DNA from: Gracilinanus agilis
Lineage: Eukaryota
DNA: 64,000 nucleotides
Reading direction: 5' to 3'
Assembly: GCF_016433145.1 (NCBI RefSeq)
Contig: NC_058133.1
Span: 65,302,055 to 65,366,054 of the forward strand
The translations under genes were made by a program, and so were the position numbers. Below, piece by piece: positions 11,386 through 64,000 of this stretch. Every line of letters begins with the position of its first letter. Position 1 is the first letter of the stretch. The notes beneath the pieces were generated by a model, which was not told the origin of the DNA, did not search any database, and was given only the letters and a program-made list of their open reading frames with translations.

Positions 11386-14300
11386 TCTCATTGGAAATAT
11401 GTTTAGTCCTATCTTTGGAGTAATATAGGAATCTATGTCCTTCACTGGCATTCATCTAGCCTCTGCTTTAACATTCAGAGTAATTCAGAGCTCACTATTT
11501 TGAACCAATCATTGTTAAGAGTCACAGTTTGGTATTGTGGGTATAATGGAAATAACACTGCATGCGAGTATGAATGAACTCAGATTCACATCTCACCTCT
11601 GTCACTGTCTGTTTTCTTTGTATCCCCAGTACTTAACACTGTGCCAGGCAAACAGTAAGCACATGATATATGCGGGGGGGGGGGGATTTGGCTGTACTGC
11701 CTTATGAAACTGGGAAGGTCAAGTTCAAAAGCTGGTACTTACTGTTGTTCCAGGCACTATGCCAAGGGAAGAAGATACAAAGAAAGGCAAAAAATGGGCT
11801 CTGCCTTCAAGGAACTTGAAAACAACTATGTGAAAGCAAAATATGAACAGTATAAATTGGAAATAAGGTGCAAGGTACTAGAATTAAGGAAGGCTTGGAA
11901 AGTTTTTTTTGTACAAGGTGAGAATTCACCTGAGGTTTGAAAGGAAGGTAGGAGGGTGGACAAGAAAGAAGAGAGAGAATCCAAATATGGAGGAAGCAAC
12001 AGCCATGAGTCTTGTCAGGAGGGGAGATAACATGGATTCTAGAGATGGCAGTGTCCTGTGCAGAGAATCAACAAAGACAATGTCACTGGATTGCACAGGT
12101 TATGAGAATGAGCAAGGTAGATAAGGAGACTGGAAAGATAGGCAGGAGTCTGGTGAAAAGGGCTTTAAAAACCAAACAAAGGACATATTAGAGAAATTTT
12201 GCAATGGCAAGCATACAGATTTTTGAAGTCCATTTGGAGATAATTGAAAGCCTGAGTGACTGGGAGAATGCTGGTGCCCTTGACAAATTTAATAGTGAAA
12301 TAGGGGTCAGGAGTTGAAGTAGAAGATAGCATATTATGAGACATGTGTTTTGAGATGTCATAGGCATTTGGAGAGATGCAAGACTGAAAGTCAGAAAGAA
12401 ATTAGGATTGGATAAATTAATTTGAGAATCTTCCACATAGAAATGTTAGTTGAATCTATGAGAATTTATAAGATAGCCAAACATAACAGGGAGAAGAGAA
12501 GATAGTCTAAGGATGGAACAAATATCCAGCAAAGGAGCCTTAAAGGAATGATCGTATAAACAGGAAGAAAGCAGTGCATGAAAAAATCTAGGGAGAAGAG
12601 AACAATCAGGACCAAAAAAAGGGCATTAGATTTGGAAAGAGCAAGTTGAGTTGAGTGAGGCTGCAGGCCCAACCAAAGAGTTAAAGAGGAACGAGAAGAA
12701 AGGAAGTGGAGGCACTAATCTTCATTATTAAATTTAGGGAGGTGGAATAGAGTGACCTTTTAAGGTTCTTTCCATCTCTAAATCTGTGTTCTTATAAATC
12801 ATGAAGAATTCATGGGGGAAATTCATGCATTGACCCAAACTATTTATTTAGCTATACAATTTTCACTCAAAGTTGGAAGTAACCTCAAGGCTGTCTAATC
12901 CAACCTAAAACTGAGTCAGAAGACCTATATTGCCTCAACTATATGTGACATTTGGCAAGTCATTCTTTGATTTTCTCAATCATATGGCTATTGCTGACTG
13001 ACAATCAAATGAAAATATTTATTTTGTACACTGTAAATAACATATGCTATCCTTTTAGACAGCAAGACCATATGAATTGTCTCCCAGCCAAGTCAAAGCT
13101 TAAATCCTAGGCCTCCCTTCTGCTTGATACATCAACATAATCCTAAGTGAATGCTTTCAAATACTTGATTGGTAGAAAATCTTTTTCTTGTGAAAGTAAT
13201 TACCCCCCAATTACTGAGTAACACTGAGAGCCTCTGCATGGGATTTTTTTTTTCATCCAATGACAATTTGAACACTTATATAAAGTTTATGCAACTTTAT
13301 GGCTCTTTGGAGACATGCATTTTTGTTTTAAAACTCAATTCTCCAGGACCAAGTAGTCATATGCCCTTTGTTGCAAATGTCAGTACTAAGTGAATGGTTT
13401 TTCAAAAAGTTATTAAACTACACTACAAAATACCTTGCCTAGATGACATGTTAAAGGTGCAAAGTAGGTAGTACAAATTTAAATCAAGGAGTTTATGTCT
13501 GGCTAGATATGGCTATCTACATCCACAAAAAGTTAAGACCTGATTTGACAGTAGTTTGGGGGTAGGGGACCTTGTCATTGAATTTATCACAGGTTCAGAA
13601 TCATATGAAATGACAATCAAAAGGTACTGGTGTTTCTGTATTCACAGAATTATAGTAGCTTAAATATGTAACTATAATACAGTAACTCTAGGTGTTAATG
13701 CCATGTTTTGGAGCCTGGACAGGAGACAATCAATACCAAAAAATTGTCAAAATCATAAAATGAGGAATAACTAGTGAAAGTGAAGCTATTTAAGCAGAAT
13801 ATCGATTACATGTAACTTTTACAGATTTCAATTTAAAATATAAGACTATTCCATCATATAGAGCTTTTTTATGAGAAATGAATTTTCTGAATGAATTTAT
13901 AAATGCAATTATTAAATGTATATACTATCTGTCAGGCACTGTGGCTAGGTTCTGGAGAAATAAAAATTTAAAACTAACAGATCATTCAAATAGTTCTGGT
14001 CTCAAGACCTTTTGACTTTAATAGAGGATTGGTAGTTAGGGAAGGCTTATGCAGGATAGTCATAAGGATGATGAGCATAGTAGGTGCTTAATAAATGTTT
14101 ATTGACTGGAGCCATTGGAAACTGTCAATGTACAAGGACAAAGTGAGTAGCTATTTGTCTAGGAGTGTTTTAGAAGGGATTTCTTCCTTTGAGTGGTTGT
14201 TTGGATCAGAGATAGCTTTCTAGGTTCCTTCCAATTCAGAATTAGAAGTGGAATTAGGGTCAGGGTTAGAACATTCAGTCTATCACTCACTTTTACAGTT

Positions 14301-14481
14301 CTGCCCCTCTGTAAATCCACCTATTTTATCCAGCCCACATCTCTACATTTTTCCCTAAGGATATCAGGAATACCATGTGCCTTTTTCAAATTTGTATCCT
14401 TTATAGCAGTGTGACATTCCTTTGATTACAGTGTTGCCCAAGTTGGGGCAGGAGGAGTTGGTGGAGGAAATATACTTTGCT

Positions 14482-14662
14482 TTTTTATTTTTAAACCTCT
14501 ACCTTCTGCCTTAGAATCAGTGCTGTGTATTGATTCCAGGGTGGAAGAGCCATAAGGACTAGGCAATGGGGATTAAGACTTGACTGGTCATGCAAGAAAC
14601 CAGATTTGAACACTGGGTCTCCTAGCTCTAGGACTTGCTCTCTACTGAGCCACCTGTCCCCC
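14482..14662 (-). mobile_element. Older SINE1_Mdo-like SINE
   Basis: Diverged reverse-complement copy with T-rich tail. Confidence 0.75.
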
Positions 14663-15639
14663 CACCTCAATAAACTTTATTTTAAATAAACCTTTCAGTA
14701 TTTTTACATCTTGAGTTTGAGAGATAGAAAAGGTATTTTGGCATTGTTATTGTCTTATTTTTTTGGTAGTATCAGGTCATGGGAAAAAATCACTTCAAAA
14801 GACAGGAGTTGAAACCCTGACTTAGCTACTTATTAGCTAAGTGACCTTGAACAAAATTGGCCTCTTTGAGTTTCCATTCCCTTTTTCAAATGAGGGATGA
14901 TACTTTAATTCACAGGATTTGATAGGTATAGTAAATGAGACATCCCATAGACTTAGTACCTCAAGGCATCTTAGAGGCCAAGATGGTCGAGCTTCCTCAT
15001 TTTACAGGTGAGGAATCTGAGGTCCAAAAATATTTTTATGATGAGGAAAAGGACTCTGATTATTGCAAAGTATTTTAATATGCTGTATAATCACCGTGTT
15101 GGAAGGTGGGAAGAAGTTAGCCATTTAGTTTATCATATTGGTTCTTAAAAAATTGAGGGTGTTAGTAAATGCTTTCTTTAGGAATTTTACTAATTAGTTT
15201 CATGTATTTCTGTGGGATATTATCTGCTTAATTCTTGAACCATTTTGCAGCAAATCATGAATTAACAATGGCAAATGTGTTTCCCTACTTATCTGTAATA
15301 ATAGAATGGTCAAAACACAGTACTCTCAAACTAAAATAGTAATTGTAGTTCTTTTAGTATAGTCAATTCTTTTCATGTACTTCAAGATTGTCCTTTCTTT
15401 GTTATGCCACTGTTCCCTCTTATATAAATGAAGTATTCCCATATTCTAGTTTCTCTCCTATTTATATGCCTCTTTCTCAGAAAAGGTGTTTAATAGATAA
15501 GGGACACCCTTAAGAATTAGAAAATGTTGGGGTTGAAATTTTAAATTTCCTTTTTCATACCAATTTAGTTTTTGTTTTAAAAGTGTCTCATAAATTCTAC
15601 ACATTAATTTCACAGCCATCTCCATCTAAGCTTGTTCTG

Positions 15640-16075
15640 TGCATTCATCTACATTCAGAGGTTATCAGTTCTCAAAGGAAATAGCATTTTTCATCATGGA
15701 TGGATCCTTTGGAATTGTCTTGAATCCTTGTCTTGATCAGAATAAGAGTTTCACAGTTGATCATCCTTACAGTAGTGATATTACTATGTATAATCTTCTC
15801 CTGGTTTCCATTCACTTGTTTGCCTGAGTTCATCTTTCCAGGTTTCTCTGAAACCATTCTGCTCATCATAGTAGTGTTATTCCATCATAATCATATACCA
15901 TGACTTGTTCGACCATTCCCCAACTTATGCCTAATTAATGGGCGGTCAAAGGACCTTTAGTTATAGTTCCAAATGGTTCTCCAGAATGATTGGAAGAGTT
16001 CAGAATTCCACCCACAGTGCATTAGTGTTCTAGTTTTTCCACATCCTCTCTCTGTCATTTTCATTTTAAAGCATA
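15640..16075 (-). mobile_element. Old L1 3' fragment
   Basis: ttccatcataatcatataccatgacttgttcgaccattcccca...attccacccacagtgcattagtg resembles the other L1 3' ends here. Confidence 0.55.
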
Positions 16076-16084
16076 TTAGCAGAA

Positions 16085-16271
16085 CTTCTCACTTAAAAAA
16101 ATTACTGAGGACCTCTTCCCAAAAATTTTCATGTGGGTTATACCAATATTTACCATATTAGAAATTCAAATCTCATAGTATTCTCATTAAAAACATTTTT
16201 ACATTGCATATCCCCTGAAAAGGTCTCATAGACCCACCAGAGATCCCCAAATTGTATTTTAAGAACTGCTA
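16085..16271. mobile_element. Charlie1-like hAT DNA transposon fragment
   Basis: aattactgaggacc...atttaccatattagaaattc...cccctgaaaaggtctc...ttttaagaactgcta resembles a Charlie1 terminus (from memory). Confidence 0.5.
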
Positions 16272-18143
16272 GTCCTAGCTCATTAGACTAATATTTAATT
16301 TTCATCCTTTCTTAACTATACGGCTTCTTCTCATGCATCCCATTTCCATTTAATTCAATAAGCATAGAAATTGACTGATATTAGTAAGATATTTGTATGA
16401 TGCTTAGTAGAGTTCCTAGAATATAGTAGATACTTAATAAGTACTTGTTAAGGAAATACAAAGACAAAAATGTAAGTCTTTGCTCTCAAAGATCTTAAAT
16501 TAAATCAGAGAGAAACATGCATAGACAACTAATTAAAATAATTTAATCTGGAAGAAAGGAAGCGAGAATAGGGGAGATAATTGATGTCAAGGGGAATAAG
16601 AAATAAGGGAGGGTATTAGGTAGCAAGCATTTATTAACCACCCAGGTGCCCAATGATTTGAGCAATCTTCTAAGGAGACATAGAGAAAAGGAAGGAGTCT
16701 CTGCCTTCAAGGAATATACATTCTTTATTTAAAGATACATAGATAAATACATACACAATTAATGAAAAGTAATTTCTGGGGAGAAAGCAAGGTACAAGTT
16801 AATACTCTTCAGCCAGGTCAGCTCTTCTTTAGGGCTCTTCCCAGTGTTGCTATATTAAAGTCTCCCAGGATCATGATCTTTATTATCAAAACTTTAGCTG
16901 GAAACATTTTCAAATGACCACTTTTCAAGAAACCTTTCTAGGTCTTCCACCAACCAGAAAGTAAGATGGTTAGGGTGGAGCATATCCTCCACTTTTTAAA
17001 AAGGATTTCATCCTACCTTATCTACCTTAAATTATGAGCTCTTGATACCAGTGACTGACTTATTTTTGTTTCTCTTGCAGCATCTAATATAGTGTTTTGC
17101 ACATTAATAGACACTTAAATTTTTTCATTGAAATTTTCAGTTTTCAGAATTATTAAACATATCAATAGCAGTTCATAGTTGAATTTCCTAAAGCTACTAT
17201 GCTAAAAGAAGATGAATTGAAATTTCAGATATTGTAATTATAGTTGTTAGTAAACATGTGTTGAGTCCTTTACCTTTTCAAGTGATGAACATTGGTTTTA
17301 CTTAGGCTATCTTGTTTATGACAGTGTAGCAATTCATTTTCTCTAGGGATAGTATAGGGTGGGAAGGAGGGCACCTGTGATTTTATCTGGGCCTGGAAAC
17401 TCAAGCTTGTTATATATAGATTTGTGTACTATGTAATTTTTAGGTTTAGAGAATTACCTGTGAGGAACTGAGATATAGTAAGCGATTTGTCATTGATCAT
17501 AAAGTCAGTATGTTTTCAGAGGTAAGATTGATCCAGTCTTCCTTACTACCTTAAGCATCTCTTCAATCTCTTAAATCTTTGTCTTTGTAGTTACTGTATC
17601 CATACCTGGAGTAAGTACTCTGTTCATTCACCTCCACCTGTTAATTTCCCTAACTTCCTTCACTTAAAATCTCACCATTTTTCAAAAGGCCTTTTCTGAG
17701 CTGTTATGATGCTGAAGCTTTCCCCTTTCAGATTATCTATACTTTGTGTACCTTAGGTTTTTCTCTCTCCACACCAGAACAGCTATTAAGTTCTTGTCTT
17801 GGTTTAATGGTGTTATTTTTCAAATTATGGGGCAACTAACAAAGGTAACTGCTATTTTAGATCTGATCCTCACCCATAAGGAAGAACCTAGAGTTACAAA
17901 AAAAAGTTGGCAATTCTAGATTGGTATCAGATTAACAAGAAAATTCCATCTTAAATTTATGATAGAAGAGGAAGCTGGGCATATGTGGACATGTATTCTA
18001 GATTTTTGGCAGAGGAGCTTTCAAGAGCTCAGAAATATTGAGTAGAAAAAATTCCATAGAAGTTATATCTCCCTGGTATGTCGGCCTAAAAGGGATGGAA
18101 CTTTTTTTGCCAAAATTCTGAAGGCTCCTGTGCATGTGGGTGG

Positions 18144-18202
18144 GTGTGCGTGCACGTATGTGTATGTATGTATATGTGTGTATGTGCACATGCACACACA
18201 CA
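18144..18202. repeat. (TG/TATG/CA)n alternating purine-pyrimidine microsatellite
   Basis: 59 nt of unbroken RY alternation. Confidence 0.9.
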
Positions 18203-18876
18203 GTGCCTACAAGGAGGAAATAAGTCCAATAAGAAGGCAGATACACACAGTGAAAGCTTGCTAAAAGGTGTGTACAAGAAAAAGGCCAGATACAAAAAAG
18301 TATGTTAAGACATCATCCTTTAGACACAATAAATCCCAGAATGAGCTAAGATTGGTGAGAATAATGGTTTGACAAAATGGTTGTTTTTGTTATTTCTGTT
18401 GTTTTTAACTATGGCATCAGGGGAGGGGGGGATAGGGTTGTAACAAATGTTGGAGAGAAGATGAACCTGTTAAGCTTTCATTTGCTTTTTTCTCTTCCAA
18501 GAGAAAATATGAGGACCGGAGAAGAAAGGGTAAAATAACTAATTGTGTATTGTGATCAAGATAAATGGGGAAATAGTAGGAGCTCTTGGCAGCCCTTGAT
18601 AAACTTCTTTGCAAGTGACTGAAAGAACAGGCAGATATGATTTTGGGGTCTTATCATTGATCAGGCTGGAGGAGTGTCATAAACCTGCATAAGAGTATGT
18701 GTCTCATTTCTCAAATAAAGGGTGGTGGTATGTACAAACTAGAGATGAATTTGACGTCAAATTCTAGCAGAATTCTAGAATTGTTAAGAGAGATGATTTA
18801 TGAAAAGAAAATGGTGATCTGTTTTTTAAATGAAACTAGCACAAAGGGAAAGGTTATGATTATCATTTACCTAGAT

Positions 18877-19220
18877 TTTTTGTTTGTTTTTGAAACCCTT
18901 ACTTTCTGTCTTAGAATCAATACAGTGTATTGGTTCCAGGATAGAAGACCAATAAGGGATAGGCAGTAGGAGTTAAGTGATTTGCTCAGTTAGGAAGTGT
19001 CTGAGGTCAGATTTTTATTTTTTTGAACCCTTACCTTCTGACTTGGAGTCAATACTGTATGTTGGCTCCAAGGCAGAAGAATGGTAAGGGTAGGAGGCAA
19101 TGGGGGTCAAGTGACTTGCCCAGGGTCACACAGCTGAGAAGTGTCTGAGGTCAGATTTGAACCTAGGACCTCCTATCTCTAACCCGGGCTCTGAATCCAT
19201 TGAACACACCAGGTGTTCTC
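18877..19220 (-). mobile_element. Nested pair of SINE1_Mdo-like SINEs inside a CR1 element
   Basis: Two T-tailed 3' ends in tandem; 21-nt gaagtgtctgaggtcagattt duplicated at 18994-19014 and 19138-19158. Confidence 0.85.
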
Positions 19221-20347
19221 TACCTATTTTCTAAAAGCATTGACAAAGTGATACTATTTTGGTCAAGATGAAGAAATAGGGTTAGACAGAAATACAGTTA
19301 GGATGATTCAGAAGTGATTGAATAGTCTATAGTCCTAATGCCTACATGGAAATACATCTCCAGACTGTCACATGCCAGAGAACAGTGCTTAAGTCTTGTG
19401 CTAGTTAACATTTATTATCACTGACCAATCAACCCAACAAACATTTATTAATTTCCTAGTATATGCCAGGCACTGCAGAAGGTAGTGGAGATACAAGTAT
19501 AATGATCGAAATCCCTTCTCCTTAAGGAGCTTACATTCTAAAGGAGGAAGAAACAAGGGCTTGTACTTTCTTCATATCTCAGTGGCCAGCAAAGTCTCTT
19601 GCACACAATATGTTTGGTGAATTGAATTAAAAAGTCAGGTCACTTAAAACATCAAAATTGCTTTAATAACTAATAGTTACTAGCCAATTAAGCTATTAAG
19701 TGTGTTTTTTAACTAAGATTTGGATCAGAAAACATCTAGTCCAACTTATTTTGCAGATAACAACTCTTTTGGACCTGAGTTTGCTTACCAAAATAATTAA
19801 AATGGACATATGTTTTGCATGACTGCACATATATAACCTGTGTCAAATTATTACTAGATTTCTCAGTAAGGGGAGGGGATAGAAGAGGGAGGCAGAGAAT
19901 TTGAAGCTCAATTTTTCAAAATGAATGTTAAAAATGGTTTTTACATGAAATTGGGAATACATTTTTTGAAGAGTTGTTCAAATTCCTACAAGTAGTATCA
20001 GATCTGCGTCAAGACCTATCCAAAACCACTCCAATTACAAAATACTCTTATTAGAAATATGAAAATTTAAGTTTATTGTATTTGGGGCATCCTATGAAAT
20101 ATCAAATGGAACTTTATGTCTTACAACTAACCTGGTCTTTAGTTTTCTGTACAGACTTTAAAGAAATTTGGTTCTTTCTGCTTCAGTGCAGGAAATATTA
20201 ATTAAGAAGGTTTTTACTCATATAGAATTTTTTTTGACATGGGTTATTAATTGTGACTTTGATAAATCTGTTATTTACTCTGACTCATAATCTCATTTTT
20301 AAATTTATCAGCCTAATTTGTTTTTTTCCCCTTTTTATATGTTGAAG

Positions 20348-62961
<42,614 letters not shown>

Positions 62962-63559
62962 GTAGGAATTATTTCAAATAATAAAATGTCATAATATGGC
63001 TTGGTCCTATGATTTTATCCACAGAGCACTATCTGGTTTTAGATTTTGCCTGCATATTTTTCTTTTAAAATTTTGGATATTAATATATTGGTATTTGTTC
63101 TCTCAAACATATGTATAAAGAACAGTATTGTAGAAAAATTACTGTAACTAACCCGTATCTATCAATCAAATTTGAATTTGACAGACTATGTAAAAAACAA
63201 AAAAACAATAAAATAATAGAAGTCTAATGTAGGTTTTTGGTAAAAATTTTCATCATAGTATAGAGATGGTTTTTCTGTATATACGTGAATCCATGGTTTA
63301 ATCATTCACTATAGATTTTTCACAGTTAAACTGACACATGTTTGAATTTCATCATTTCACTTTTAGACCATGTTTATTCTTAATATTTGCCATAGCAGAT
63401 CTCATGACATCCTTTATTATTTACAGCAGTTTTCCTGAATAAACAATAATTTGACCAGGTTCTTAATTAAAAATTTTTGTGGACTCTGAGACCAGTAGTC
63501 TTTCCAACATAGACTGCTATACAATCAGAATATATACTTAAACCTAGAGCAGTTGTTAT

Positions 63560-64000
63560 ATGGCTTCTTTAGTTGACAGAAATTGTTCTCTGATGTGGAT
63601 TCTCACTCACATCAGCAAGCTGAGGATCACATGCTAAAACTTGTTTCCACTCTCACAACTCACACCCTCATACAAGTCTTCATCTATCTCCCCATCTATT
63701 TCAATAGCCTCCTCTTTGCTCTCCATTTCTCCTTTCTGCAAACCATTTTCAACATGTGGGATCAGTATTCCTATAGTACAATATTAATAACAACCATGCC
63801 ACTCTACTGCTCAAGAAGTTCACTGATTTTCTAGTTCCTTTAAAGATAAACTCCTTTACTTGGCATTTTGAGCCTTTCTCAGGCTGACTCCAAATGGCAT
63901 ATATACATATACATATACATATGCATATACATATACATATACATATTCATTCCTCTCATCCTCAATACACACACAAAATATGATTTAGCCAAACTGGCCT
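63560..64000 (+). mobile_element. L2 fragment interrupted by an (ATATAC)n microsatellite
   Basis: catgccactctactgctcaag...ggcattttgagcctttctcaggctgactccaa; cagccaaactggcct-like motif at the window end. Confidence 0.5.
63899..63946. repeat. (ATATAC)n microsatellite
   Basis: About eight units, one variant. Confidence 0.9.

Larger units (their letters stand above)
10110..12720 (-). mobile_element. Cluster of antisense L2 fragments, interrupted by the SINE at 11185
   Basis: L2 tail motifs (tactatgtacctagcattgtgccaggc; ccttcaaggaactt) followed by purine-rich antisense L2 body. Composite, boundaries approximate. Confidence 0.6.
17790..19420 (+). mobile_element. L3/CR1 LINE ORF2 remnant (endonuclease end to RT), interrupted by a microsatellite and SINEs
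   Basis: Decayed motifs TAILDLILTHKEE (17848-17886), LTSNSSRILE (cf. LTSIPGKILE), IIYLDF / SKSIDKV (cf. YLDFSKAFDKV), LSLVLVNIY (cf. LGPVLFNIF). Confidence 0.85.

Noticed and set aside
18697-18969. 90-aa ORF in intron 1
   Set aside because: Decayed CR1 reverse transcriptase running into a SINE.

Overview
AT-rich marsupial genomic DNA, most likely a didelphid opossum judged from its young tRNA/CORE-type SINEs. It carries the 5' two-thirds of PRRC2C (BAT2L2/BAT2D1) on the + strand. The window opens at the trailing edge of a CpG/G-rich promoter-proximal region, and exon 1 is probably upstream. A ~20-kb first intron follows, then 19 coding exons (numbered 2-20 by analogy with my recollection of the human gene) from ATG 20402 to 62961. 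These splice into one uninterrupted frame of 5676 nt (1892 codons), and the gene continues past the window. Introns are filled with L2, L3/CR1, L1, MIR/MAR1, opossum-type SINEs and hAT MITEs. No CRISPR array, rRNA, tRNA or supportable snoRNA was found. The most interesting observation is a weak/medium/strong trio of AUGs in all three frames around the PRRC2C start codon. It could act as a start-codon-stringency (leaky-scanning) sensor on the mRNA of a factor that itself promotes leaky scanning. Other leads are a candidate intronic polyadenylation site after exon 12, a required GC-AG intron, a tandem donor that would create an immediate stop, an L1 with a twin-priming-type inversion and an intact hAT MITE with TIRs and TSD. 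Repeat family names and cross-species comparisons are from memory and need database confirmation.
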